NCBI GenBank assembly: GCA_003281045.1 | Contig: QCDD01000001.1 | Location: 62,208-126,207, forward strand | Source of the DNA: Pelagibacteraceae bacterium AG-349-L23 | GTDB taxonomy: Bacteria; Pseudomonadota; Alphaproteobacteria; Pelagibacterales; Pelagibacteraceae | Length of the DNA: 64,000 nt | Direction: 5' to 3' | In this document: positions 38,437-48,024 of the stretch, one piece after another | How the letters are laid out: each line of letters starts with the position of its first letter | Position numbering within the stretch: the stretch's first letter is position 1 | Notes under the pieces: generated by a model | Seen by the model: the letters and a program-made list of their open reading frames with translations, nothing else | Database searches by the model: none | Told to the model about the DNA's origin: nothing | Translations under genes and position numbers: made by a program

Positions 38437-39837
38437 ATGACTGATCAGTTAGGTGCTCTTACTACTATATTTACAGAATTTTACTACTGGATAACAGTAG
38501 TGCTGATGTTTTTAATTCACGTCGGTTTCTGTATGTATGAAGTCGGAGCTTCTCGATACAAACACCATCAACATACTCTTATGAAAAACACGATGCTGAT
38601 ACCTCTAGTAACAGTAACTTGGTTTTTATTTGGTTGGTGGATTTACTGGGCTTTCCCAACAGGACCTGGGATAGCACCTTCAATAATGAACGAAAGTACA
38701 GCTTTAATCACTGATGATAGTTTGTTTAGTGCAAAATTTCAGGTGGCAACAAGTAGTATAATGGCAGTGAACCTTGGAGATCACATCAATGGTGTTTTCT
38801 GGGCAGCTTTTTTATTATTTTCTTGGACTGCTGCATCTATCGTTTCAGGAGCGATTATTGAAAGAATAACCACTTTTGCTTTTGGTATTTTAGCAATAGC
38901 AATTGGCTCGGTTTTCTGGACAATCGATGCTGCTTGGGGATGGCATTTTGATGGTTGGATGCTTAAAATTTTAGGATACCACGATGCATATGCATCAGGA
39001 GTAATTCATGCAATTGCGGGTGGATTTGCTCTTGGAGTTCTAATGGTTTTAGGACCGAGAATTGGAAAATTCTCATCAAGTGGTGAACCAAGAAATATTG
39101 GACCAAGAAATCCTTGGCTAGTAACAATTGGATTATTTCTAATTTATACTGGTTTCTGGGGATTCTATGCGGCATGTAATATACCAATATTTGATCTTGG
39201 ACCTGAGTACGGTATGGAAGGTATATCGTATTGGACAGCTACAAACATATATGTAACTCCGACTACACTAAGTGGTATTACTTTTAACTTCTTGATGTCA
39301 TTATCAGGAGGTTTATTAGCCGGATATTGGATTGCTAAAGGTGATCCTTTCTGGACATACTCTAGTGGACTAGCGGGTATCATCTGTGCTTCGGCTGGAA
39401 ATGATTTATATCATCCAATACAATCAATGATCATAGGTATGATCGGTGTTGTTATTTCGTACAAACTACATTACTGGGTTGAACGTAAGTTCAAAATTGA
39501 TGATGCAGTAGGTGCAGTAGCAGTTCATGGTTATGCAGGATTTATTGGTTTAGTTATATGTGGTTTTGTTCTAAATGGTTATCCATCATCTGGTTATAGT
39601 GTTGGGGCTATGTGGGACGGAACAACTTATGCTTCTATAAATCCACTTGGAATGTTCATTGGAGCAATAATTATGTTTGTTGTTCTTGGACTAATCCCAG
39701 GCTACATCATAGCTAAAGTTCTACACGGAATGGGTAAACTTAGAATTCCGCGTGAAGTTGAAATAGCTGGATTAGACTATGAAATAATGGAGACTGCTAA
39801 ATCAGATGAAAAAGCAGTCGCGTCCGCAACCAGGTAA
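38437..39837 (+). CDS. amt: Amt-family transporter (divergent; possible methylamine transporter)
   Basis: SGAIIER, VIHAIAG, GPRIGKF, DDAVGAVAVHG, EIAGLD; ATG at 38437 follows GGAGAG RBS. Confidence 0.9.
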   Translation: MTDQLGALTTIFTEFYYWITVVLMFLIHVGFCMYEVGASRYKHHQHTLMKNTMLIPLVTVTWFLFGWWIYWAFPTGPGIAPSIMNESTALITDDSLFSAKFQVATSSIMAVNLGDHINGVFWAAFLLFSWTAASIVSGAIIERITTFAFGILAIAIGSVFWTIDAAWGWHFDGWMLKILGYHDAYASGVIHAIAGGFALGVLMVLGPRIGKFSSSGEPRNIGPRNPWLVTIGLFLIYTGFWGFYAACNIPIFDLGPEYGMEGISYWTATNIYVTPTTLSGITFNFLMSLSGGLLAGYWIAKGDPFWTYSSGLAGIICASAGNDLYHPIQSMIIGMIGVVISYKLHYWVERKFKIDDAVGAVAVHGYAGFIGLVICGFVLNGYPSSGYSVGAMWDGTTYASINPLGMFIGAIIMFVVLGLIPGYIIAKVLHGMGKLRIPREVEIAGLDYEIMETAKSDEKAVASATR

Positions 39838-39848
39838 AGGAGGAAAAT

Positions 39849-40079
39849 ATGGCGACAGTTACAAATTGGATTGATCACCTAAATAAACCTGCAGATCAAG
39901 TAGCAGGTGCTATTTATCCTGGTGCTGGATCTAGTGAAGGCTTATTGGTAATACTTGCTATTATCGTATGGGTTGGTTGGCACGTCTTAACTTCAAAATC
40001 TGAAAGTGAAGAACTGGAAAGATTAGCGAGAAAAAGACATGGTGCAAATGACCATAAAAGCAATATTACTGATTGGTAA
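39849..40079 (+). CDS. 76-aa single-pass membrane protein cotranscribed with amt
   Basis: Strong AGGAGG RBS; IYPG followed by a TM helix ending WVGWH; terminator follows. Confidence 0.8.
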   Translation: MATVTNWIDHLNKPADQVAGAIYPGAGSSEGLLVILAIIVWVGWHVLTSKSESEELERLARKRHGANDHKSNITDW

Positions 40080-40094
40080 TATAAAGTAAAATTT

Positions 40095-40125
40095 GGGCGC
40101 TACATTAATTTGTAGCGCCCTTTTT
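40095..40125 (+). terminator. Intrinsic terminator of the amt operon
   Basis: GGGCGCTACA-TTAATT-TGTAGCGCCC followed by TTTTT. Confidence 0.88.
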
Positions 40126-40141
40126 AATCTAAAAAATCATA

Positions 40142-40297
40142 ATGTCTGACGAAAATAATAATGAAGAATTAAGACCAAGAAAAATGCGTGGTGTAGCTTT
40201 CCCAAAAGCTAAATATGGAGTTATCCTGGCCATCATAATTATTATAGTTGTAAATCTGGTTTATTATAAAGAAACAATTTTTTCTTTTTTCAAATAA
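40142..40297 (+). CDS. 51-aa single-pass membrane protein
   Basis: Manual translation MSDENNNEELRPRKMRGVAFPKAKYGVILAIIIIIVVNLVYYKETIFSFFK*; fills the gap before gmaS. Confidence 0.55.
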   Translation: MSDENNNEELRPRKMRGVAFPKAKYGVILAIIIIIVVNLVYYKETIFSFFK

Positions 40298-40314
40298 CTA
40301 TGTTACCCTAATAC

Positions 40315-41640
40315 ATGGCAAAAAATTTATTCAAAATTGCTAAACAAAAAAAAATAAAATATTTTTTAATAAGTTTTGTAGATTTATTTGGAGTTTTAAG
40401 ATCAAAATTAGTTCCAGCTAATGCGATAAAAGAAATGCAAACAGCGGGTGCGGGTTTTGCTGGTTTTGCTGCATGGCTTGACATGACTCCAGCAGATTCT
40501 GATATGTTTGGTATTCCTGACCCAGATAGTTTAATTCAATTACCTTGGAACAAAGAAGTTGGTTGGTTAGCATCAGATCTCTGGATGGATGGAAAACCCG
40601 TAGAAGCCTCACCAAGAATAATGCTCAAAAAACAAATTAAAGAGCTTGCAAAACGAGGTTTAACGATGAAATCGGGTGTGGAGTGTGAATATTTTTTAAT
40701 TTCAGAAGACGGGAAATCCATAGCAGATCCAAGAGATACACAATCAAAACCTTGTTATGATCAATCTGCATTAATGAGACGATATGAGCTTATAAAAGAA
40801 ATTTGTGATTGCATGATAGAAATGGGATGGGGTCCTTACCAAAACGATCATGAGGATGCTAATGGTCAATTTGAAATGAATTGGGATTATTCAGATTGTT
40901 TAACAACAGCTGATAGACATACTTTCTTTAAGTACATGGTAAAAACAATTGCTGAAAAACACGGACTAAGAGCAACATTTATGCCTAAACCTTTTCAAAA
41001 TTTAACGGGCAATGGTTGTCATGCACACATTTCTGTTTGGCAAGGTAAGAAAAATAAATTTTTAGATCCAAAAGATAAACTGGGTTTAAGTAAAATGGCA
41101 TATAATTTTTTAGGAGGAGTAATCAAGAATGCCTCATCGTTATCAGCTTTCTTTAATCCTACAATCAATAGCTATAGAAGAATAAATGCCCCACCAACAA
41201 AATCAGGGGCGTCATGGTCTCCAAGTAGTATTTCTTACACTGGAAATAACAGAACTCACATGATAAGAATTCCTGATCCCGGTAGATTTGAATTAAGATT
41301 AATGGATGGGTCTGCTAATCCATATTTATTACAAGCTGGAGTTTTAGCTGCTGGATTACATGGTTTAAAGAATAAGATTAATCCAGGAAAACCCTTGCAT
41401 TGTAATATGTATACGGACTATAAAAAATATCCTAATCTTCCAAAGCTTCCAAATGAATTAAAACAATCACTAGCAAAATTAAAAAATAATAAGGAAATGA
41501 ATAAAAGTTTTGGTAAAGATACTATTAATAGCTTTGTTAAACTAAGAAGTTCAGAGATTAAAGAATTTAATAGGAAAGAAAAATTTAATAAATCAAAGCC
41601 CGTCACAAAATGGGAAAGTCAAAATACTTTAGATTGCTAA
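40315..41640 (+). CDS. gmaS: Gamma-glutamylmethylamide synthetase / type III glutamate-ammonia ligase (GlnT)
   Basis: RSKLVP, GAGFAGFA, QSKPCYDQSALMR, YQNDHEDANGQFE, SGASWSP, GNNRTHMIR, RFELRL. Confidence 0.85.
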   Translation: MAKNLFKIAKQKKIKYFLISFVDLFGVLRSKLVPANAIKEMQTAGAGFAGFAAWLDMTPADSDMFGIPDPDSLIQLPWNKEVGWLASDLWMDGKPVEASPRIMLKKQIKELAKRGLTMKSGVECEYFLISEDGKSIADPRDTQSKPCYDQSALMRRYELIKEICDCMIEMGWGPYQNDHEDANGQFEMNWDYSDCLTTADRHTFFKYMVKTIAEKHGLRATFMPKPFQNLTGNGCHAHISVWQGKKNKFLDPKDKLGLSKMAYNFLGGVIKNASSLSAFFNPTINSYRRINAPPTKSGASWSPSSISYTGNNRTHMIRIPDPGRFELRLMDGSANPYLLQAGVLAAGLHGLKNKINPGKPLHCNMYTDYKKYPNLPKLPNELKQSLAKLKNNKEMNKSFGKDTINSFVKLRSSEIKEFNRKEKFNKSKPVTKWESQNTLDC

Positions 41641-41641
41641 A

Positions 41642-42754
41642 GTGAATTGGAAGTTAACGAAATTTTTAATCAACGACAATTTTAAATTCAAAAGAAATTA
41701 TGTCCTTAAATATTTACCTTCAACTATGCTTTCCAATGCTTTTAAGTCAATTTCTAGTTGGAGAAGTTATAGAGCTACTCCTCTTTTAAGACTTAATAAA
41801 CTTCAAAAAAATTTAGAGCTCAAAAATATTTTTTACAAGGATGAGTCTAAAAGGTTTCATTTAAAGTCTTTCAAAGCTCTTGGTGGTGCTTATGCAGTAG
41901 AAAAAATATCTAAAGGAAAAAAAAAAATTACAATTTCCTCTGCAACTGCAGGTAATCATGGTAGATCGGTTGCGTGGGGAGCACAAAGATTAAAATTAAA
42001 ATGTAAAATATTTGTGAGCCAATATGTGAGTGAAACAAGAGTAAATGAAATTAAAAAATTTGGTGCTGAAGTCATAAGAGTTAAGGGAGATTATGAAAAC
42101 TCACTTAAAGAATGCCAAAAACTATCAAAAAAAAACAATTGGAAAATTGTCCAAGATGTATCTACAAAAAATTATAAGTATGTTCCTCAACTTACTATGG
42201 CGGGATATTCAATCATGATTAAAGAAATCTCCAAACAAACTAATCAGTATATAACTCATATATTTCTGCAAGCAGGTGTTGGAGGATTAGCGGCCGGTGT
42301 AGTATCTGGTGTTGCAAAATATTTTAAAAGAATCCCTAAAATCATAATCGTCGAACCTGATCAAGCTGATTGTGTACTTCAAAGTATTAAAAGTAATAAA
42401 CTAAAAAAAATTAGAATTAAAAAAGAGAGCATTATGGGTGGAATGTCGTGCAATGAGATGTCTTTGGTACCATGGCAAATATTAAAAAGTGCTAGCGATT
42501 GTTGTGTATCGATCTCAGATAAAAATATTGCAAAAACGATAGCTGGCCTAAAAGATAAAAAGTTTAGCACGATTTCTATTACAGGAGGAGAGTGTGCAGC
42601 TCCAGGAATTATTGCTTTGATCGGAATATGTAACAATATTAAAGCTAAAAAATTCCTTAATATTAATGAAAGCTCAAATATTCTAGTCATAGGATGCGAA
42701 GGAAATGCAGATGTAAAACTCTACAAACAACTGCTATCTAAAGGTAGAAAATAG
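41642..42754 (+). CDS. dpaL: Diaminopropionate ammonia-lyase (PLP, fold type II)
   Basis: KDESKRFHLKSFKALGG, ATAGNHGRSVAWGA, QAGVGGLA. Confidence 0.85.
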   Translation: MNWKLTKFLINDNFKFKRNYVLKYLPSTMLSNAFKSISSWRSYRATPLLRLNKLQKNLELKNIFYKDESKRFHLKSFKALGGAYAVEKISKGKKKITISSATAGNHGRSVAWGAQRLKLKCKIFVSQYVSETRVNEIKKFGAEVIRVKGDYENSLKECQKLSKKNNWKIVQDVSTKNYKYVPQLTMAGYSIMIKEISKQTNQYITHIFLQAGVGGLAAGVVSGVAKYFKRIPKIIIVEPDQADCVLQSIKSNKLKKIRIKKESIMGGMSCNEMSLVPWQILKSASDCCVSISDKNIAKTIAGLKDKKFSTISITGGECAAPGIIALIGICNNIKAKKFLNINESSNILVIGCEGNADVKLYKQLLSKGRK

Positions 42755-42761
42755 GATTTCT

Positions 42762-44180
42762 ATGACAAAAAATGCCATTACATGGATTAGAGAAGATTTT
42801 AGAATTGAGGATAACCCTGCTCTTGCCTATGCTACGCAAAATCATGAAAATGTAGCTGCCCTATATATCTATAACAAAGCTGACTTTGATAATAAAAGAG
42901 AAGCACAAAAATGGTGGCTTTCAAAATCTTTGGCAGTATTCCAGTCAGAACTATTGAAATATAAAATCAATCTTCAGATATTAGAAGGTGATGAATTGGA
43001 GGTCTTCTCTAAGATAAAAAAAAAAGATGATGTCTCAATATATTGGAACAAAATTTATGAGCCTGATGTAATTGCAAGAGGAAAGAAAATCAGAGATATC
43101 TTTATTAAAAATGAAATTGAATTTAAGTATTTTAAAGGAAACATTTTAAATGAATTTCAAGAGGTAACAAAAAATGATGGCACTCCATTTAAAGTATTTA
43201 CCCCATTTTGGAGAAATGCTGAACAAAAATTTTTAGGCTTACCTCCAAGTAAAAATTATGTTGTTAAGAAAAAATCGAAAATTTATTCTTTATTTAAAAA
43301 TTCTATTGAACCTACTAAAATTCTACCAAAAAAAAACTGGTATAAGAAATTTGAAAATTATTGGAATGTATCTGAAAATGACTCGAAAAAGATCTTAAAT
43401 AACTTAATTGCAAATAAAATAAAAGATTATGGAACTGCTAGAGATTATCCATCAATAGAAGGTACATCCAAGTTATCTCCTTATATTAAACATGGACAAA
43501 TCCATGTGAATACAATTTGGAAAAAATGCAGTGAAATGAAATCTAAAGGAATTGGGTATAGAAAATATGTTAATGAGTTAGGTTGGCGGGAATTTTCACA
43601 TAGCTTAATAAATTATTTTCCAGAGTTTTTAAAAGGAAATTATAGAAAAGAATTTGATAAGTTTCCTTGGGTTAAAAATGAAAAGTTTTTAAAGGCTTGG
43701 AAATCTGGAATGACAGGTTATCCAATTGTTGACGCTGGTATGAGAGAACTTTATGAAACAGGATGGATGCATAATAGAATTAGAATGGTAGTTGGATCTT
43801 TTTTAGTAAAACATTTAAGGATAAATTGGACTGAAGGAGAAAAACATTTTCGAAACTGCTTACTTGATTTTAATAAAGCTAATAATGTTGCACAATGGCA
43901 ATGGGTAGCAGGTTGTGGTGCAGATGCTGCACCTTATTTTAGAATATTCAATCCAATTCTTCAGGGAGAAAAGTTTGATAAAGATGGTATATATGTAAAA
44001 AAATGGATACCGGAATTAAGTAAAGTCCCAAAAAAATTTATTCATAAGCCTTGGGAAATGGAAATTAAATATCAAGAGGCTATCAAAACAATAATTGGAA
44101 AAAATTATCCAAAACCCATTGTCATTCACGAAGAAGCTCGTGCTGCTGCTCTTAAAGCTTTCCAAAGCTTAAAAAATTAA
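42762..44180 (+). CDS. phrB: Deoxyribodipyrimidine (CPD) photolyase
   Basis: DFRIEDNPAL, TSKLSPY, ELGWREF, TGYPIVDAGMREL, GWMHNRIRM, YFRIFNP. Confidence 0.95.
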   Translation: MTKNAITWIREDFRIEDNPALAYATQNHENVAALYIYNKADFDNKREAQKWWLSKSLAVFQSELLKYKINLQILEGDELEVFSKIKKKDDVSIYWNKIYEPDVIARGKKIRDIFIKNEIEFKYFKGNILNEFQEVTKNDGTPFKVFTPFWRNAEQKFLGLPPSKNYVVKKKSKIYSLFKNSIEPTKILPKKNWYKKFENYWNVSENDSKKILNNLIANKIKDYGTARDYPSIEGTSKLSPYIKHGQIHVNTIWKKCSEMKSKGIGYRKYVNELGWREFSHSLINYFPEFLKGNYRKEFDKFPWVKNEKFLKAWKSGMTGYPIVDAGMRELYETGWMHNRIRMVVGSFLVKHLRINWTEGEKHFRNCLLDFNKANNVAQWQWVAGCGADAAPYFRIFNPILQGEKFDKDGIYVKKWIPELSKVPKKFIHKPWEMEIKYQEAIKTIIGKNYPKPIVIHEEARAAALKAFQSLKN

Positions 44181-44599
44181 GCTTCACCAAAAAAATGATG
44201 AATTATAGTTCTTGTTTGTGGATTCAATCTATGTTCAAAAAGATATATTCCTTGCCAAGTACCTAGTAATAGTTCTTTATTTTTGACACTTAATGAAATT
44301 TGATTATTAGTAAGAGCAGACTTGATATGTGCCGGCATATCATCTTTTCCCTCAGTGGTGTGAATATATAATTTATTATTCATCGGCACCAATTTATCAA
44401 AATAATTAATTAAATCAGTCTGCACATCTGGGTCAGCATTTTCTTGAACAATAATCGAGGCGCTCGTATGCTGAATACTTAAATTTAAAATTCCATTTTT
44501 AAAATTGTTTTTTTCAATCCAATTTAATGTTTGATCAGTAAATTCATACAATCGTTGACCATTGGTATCTATTTTAAGATTATAAAATTCTTGTTTCAT
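44177..44599 (-). CDS. yjbQ: YjbQ/UPF0047 family protein
   Basis: HTSAS, ENADPDV, DMPAHIK, LGTWQGIYLFEHR. Confidence 0.92.
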   Translation of the reverse strand: MKQEFYNLKIDTNGQRLYEFTDQTLNWIEKNNFKNGILNLSIQHTSASIIVQENADPDVQTDLINYFDKLVPMNNKLYIHTTEGKDDMPAHIKSALTNNQISLSVKNKELLLGTWQGIYLFEHRLNPQTRTIIHHFFGEA

Positions 44600-44600
44600 A

Positions 44601-45653
44601 TTAATAATTTTTTGATGTTAACTCAAATAAACGGCTAATTGTACGTTTAAATGGTTTTTCTAAAGACTTAGAGCTCGACAATTTTTCTAGACTTTGCTCA
44701 GCGGTTACTGCTATTGCTCTATCTTTATCGTAAATTACATCAATAAGAGTTATGAACCTTTGTTGTTGATTTGAGTTAATATCACTAAATTCTGGTACAT
44801 TTTCAATTATTATAAATTCAGAACTTTCAGCAATTTTTAAATAATCTTCACCACCTAGGTTTTGATCACACAATTCATCAAAATGAAACTTTGAAATCCC
44901 TTCATAAAAATTTTTTATTTCGAAATTTCTACCTTTGATATTCAAAACTTTGCGAGATAATTTTTTATTTTTAGTAATTATTCTAGAAAACTTATTTATC
45001 TTAAAATTAGTTTCTTGGTTTAAAGGATGGAAATATCTTCGTTTTTCGGTTTCTTTGCTTTTTCTGTAATCATCATCAATTATCAACTCATGCTCTATTG
45101 ATTTTTCCTGCATTATTTGAATAAAGGGTTTAAATTGATCTCTTTGTAGCCCATCTTTATATAGCTCTGATATTTTTGTGTTTGAGGTCACAATAACCTT
45201 AATATTTTGATTAAATATTTCCTGAAATAGTTTGCCTAATATCATAGCATCGACAATATTGGTAACTTGAAATTCATCAAAGAAGATGAGTGAAAATTTT
45301 GATTTTAAATCTTTAACAAATACAGTGATTACATTTTCCTCATTTTGATCTTTATTATCATGAACAAAATCATGGAAGTTTAACATAAATTCATTAAAGT
45401 GAAGACGTTGTTTTTTTTGATTAACTAGATTAAAAAAAAAATCTAAAATCATAGTTTTTCCAACACCAACACCACCATAAAGATAAAAACCTTTTTTTGA
45501 GAATTGTTTGGAAAAAAAATTCAACAAGTTGCTTCTAAAATTTTGTTTATAAAAATTATCTAATTGTTTTACTAAAGTTATTTGATTTGGATTTAACTCT
45601 AGATTTTGTGTATTACAATGAGTTTTAAATTTTTCCTCAAGATTTAAAGACAT
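44601..45653 (-). CDS. zapE: AFG1/ZapE family ATPase
   Basis: YLYGGVGVGKT, HFNEFM, FFDEFQV, TSN, RFITLIDVIYD, RTISRL. Confidence 0.92.
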   Translation of the reverse strand: MSLNLEEKFKTHCNTQNLELNPNQITLVKQLDNFYKQNFRSNLLNFFSKQFSKKGFYLYGGVGVGKTMILDFFFNLVNQKKQRLHFNEFMLNFHDFVHDNKDQNEENVITVFVKDLKSKFSLIFFDEFQVTNIVDAMILGKLFQEIFNQNIKVIVTSNTKISELYKDGLQRDQFKPFIQIMQEKSIEHELIIDDDYRKSKETEKRRYFHPLNQETNFKINKFSRIITKNKKLSRKVLNIKGRNFEIKNFYEGISKFHFDELCDQNLGGEDYLKIAESSEFIIIENVPEFSDINSNQQQRFITLIDVIYDKDRAIAVTAEQSLEKLSSSKSLEKPFKRTISRLFELTSKNY

Positions 45654-46084
45654 TAATTTTTTTTACTTTTAAAATCAATTCCGTATTCAGATCTTGGTCC
45701 TTTCCTTAGTCCAAATGGACCAGATATAAATAATGTTAAAGGCCTCGTCCCAGGTTTTAAGTCTACTCTATGTAAGTTATTTGCAGATCTAAATCCTATA
45801 TAACCAGGCGGTCGCCAGAATTTTCCTGTGCTTAATGTCTCCCAATATCCTCCTCTAAGTATTATGGTGATATATGGAAATGTATGATTGTGAACACCTT
45901 CGCCATGATCATCCGCTAACATTTCATGAATTAGAATATTAAACGGAAACCACTTTGGTCTGTGTCGAAAAATGAGATAATATCTATTCATCCATGGTTT
46001 AGCTTCATGATACTTGGGATGTGAAGGACCCCTATCTAAAACAACTTTTTTTCTTCCTATTTTGTCTAAAAATTTTAAAAACAT
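45653..46084 (-). CDS. Cupin-like hypothetical protein
   Basis: HNHTF...ILRGGYWE...HRVDL pattern (His-x-His, Glu, His). Confidence 0.6.
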   Translation of the reverse strand: MFLKFLDKIGRKKVVLDRGPSHPKYHEAKPWMNRYYLIFRHRPKWFPFNILIHEMLADDHGEGVHNHTFPYITIILRGGYWETLSTGKFWRPPGYIGFRSANNLHRVDLKPGTRPLTLFISGPFGLRKGPRSEYGIDFKSKKN

Positions 46085-46086
46085 AA

Positions 46087-47385
46087 CTAATCATATTGGG
46101 TTATAGAGCCATTTTTAACAATAAATAAATTTTCATCATATATTAAAGGTTTTGATAATAAATCTCTGCCAACTTTTTCAATTTTTATAACATTTCCGGC
46201 GCTTAAACTTATAACAATTAAATTTCCATCAGAATTTGTAAGATAAAGATTATTTCCACCTATGGTAAAACCTGTTGGTTTTATTCTTTTTCTTTTTTTT
46301 AAATTAAAATTTTTATAAATATCATTAATTCTAATAATATTCCCTTCTTTCTTTTGAATTGTAAAAAGATAGCCGTTTTCAGACACAGTAAAAATAAAAT
46401 TTTCAATTATAATTGGTGTAAGAATAGAGTTAATTTCACTCATCCAATTCATAGTACCTGATTTTAAATCCACAGAGTAAAATTGATTTTTATTATTAGA
46501 AAAATAAATTGAGCTTCCATCACTAACTAGTTTTGAGAAATTAAAACCATATGTTTCATTCATAATATTGCTTGTTTGTGTTGGGAGCTGCCATTGAATT
46601 AAACCAGACAAAATATCAACTGCAGTTATATCCCCGAGGGAATTATTATATATCACTAAATTATCTTTAATTAACATTGAGAATTTTGAATTAGACACAG
46701 TAAAAGAATCTTCAGTTTTTATATTCCAGCACTCTGTACCATCTTTTAAATAAAAACATCTCAGGGTATTTTTAAAATCAACTACAAAAAATTTGTCCTT
46801 AAAAATTTTGATTTCTGAATTAAATGGATATTCACTTTTTTTCGACCAAATTAAATTTCCAGTTTGTAAATTAATACTTGAAACTTTTGCTATACTATCT
46901 GCAACTAATAAATTTTTATTTGTCATTGCAAATGATAAAGTGGGATGAATTTTCTTTTCTGTTTTTGAATAAAAGTTATTTTTCCAAACAACTTTTTTAT
47001 TATCATTAAACCTAATAATAGTTCCTTTTTTTTCAAAGACTATTACGCCATTATCTAAAATTAATGGCTCAAAATTAAATTGATTAAAATTTTCTAGTTT
47101 TGAAAATTTATATTGATTAACTTTATTCAGTTGACCATTATATTTTGACGATCCAAAATTATTTAGTGGATCAAAAATTTTGTTATTTCGCTTATTTTTT
47201 GATAGGTCTAATTTTAATAAAGGATTAAATTCTGTTGAAATTATCTCTTTTTCGGTAAGAATTTTTTTAGAGACCTTATTTTCATTTTCAATTTTTTCTT
47301 TTTTATTCCATATTCGTGAATTTTCATTCAGAGAGCAATTAGATAAAAAAATTGAAAATATTAATATTACAAATATTTTATTCAC
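46087..47385 (-). CDS. PQQ-type beta-propeller lipoprotein (BamB-like)
   Basis: Lipobox LSNC; repeated xxGxxxW blades (TGNLIW, DGTECW, SGLIQW, SGTMNW). Confidence 0.75.
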   Translation of the reverse strand: MNKIFVILIFSIFLSNCSLNENSRIWNKKEKIENENKVSKKILTEKEIISTEFNPLLKLDLSKNKRNNKIFDPLNNFGSSKYNGQLNKVNQYKFSKLENFNQFNFEPLILDNGVIVFEKKGTIIRFNDNKKVVWKNNFYSKTEKKIHPTLSFAMTNKNLLVADSIAKVSSINLQTGNLIWSKKSEYPFNSEIKIFKDKFFVVDFKNTLRCFYLKDGTECWNIKTEDSFTVSNSKFSMLIKDNLVIYNNSLGDITAVDILSGLIQWQLPTQTSNIMNETYGFNFSKLVSDGSSIYFSNNKNQFYSVDLKSGTMNWMSEINSILTPIIIENFIFTVSENGYLFTIQKKEGNIIRINDIYKNFNLKKRKRIKPTGFTIGGNNLYLTNSDGNLIVISLSAGNVIKIEKVGRDLLSKPLIYDENLFIVKNGSITQYD

Positions 47386-48022
47386 TCAAATCTCTGTTTA
47401 GTCTTTTTTGTGTTTCCTTGAGTATATCCAAATTAGCACTTTCTAAAGTAATTATTTGACTGAAAAATTCTTTGGATTTTTGCTTTTCACCTTTAGAGTA
47501 AAAGTACTCTGCTATCAAATATAAAGCATGAGACTTCCAAACACTATTTGAATTAATTACAGGATTTAAAATTTCTAAAATTTGACCTTCATTGATTGTA
47601 TCAGCATTATAAAGAGCTTTTTTATAAATAATAAGATACTTAATTTCACTATCTAATGAAGTTTTGTTAATCAATATATCAAACAAGCTATTAATTTTAT
47701 TTTTATCACTCACTAACTCATTATCTATCAAGTAATACAAAGCCAATGGAGAATAAGTTGGATCTTTATTTTCTACTATCTCTTGCATGGTTGATACTAT
47801 CCCGTAATTATCTCCATTCTTATGTTTAATTATTGAACTATTATACTTATCTGAAATTTTAATTTTATTTTTATCTTGATAGATTTGATATGAGTAAAAA
47901 CCTAGCAAAATTAATATCAAAATGATTAAAAAAGATATGATAGTTTTTTTATTTTTTATAAAAAAATCTTTTATTCTCTGATTTCTAGTATTGCTATTAA
48001 TGATTGCTATATCTTCATCCAT
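47378..48022 (-). CDS. YfgM-like membrane-anchored TPR protein
   Basis: N-terminal TM helix followed by helical repeats; directly upstream of BamB-like gene. Confidence 0.65.
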   Translation of the reverse strand: MDEDIAIINSNTRNQRIKDFFIKNKKTIISFLIILILILLGFYSYQIYQDKNKIKISDKYNSSIIKHKNGDNYGIVSTMQEIVENKDPTYSPLALYYLIDNELVSDKNKINSLFDILINKTSLDSEIKYLIIYKKALYNADTINEGQILEILNPVINSNSVWKSHALYLIAEYFYSKGEKQKSKEFFSQIITLESANLDILKETQKRLNRDLSE

Positions 48023-48024
48023 AA

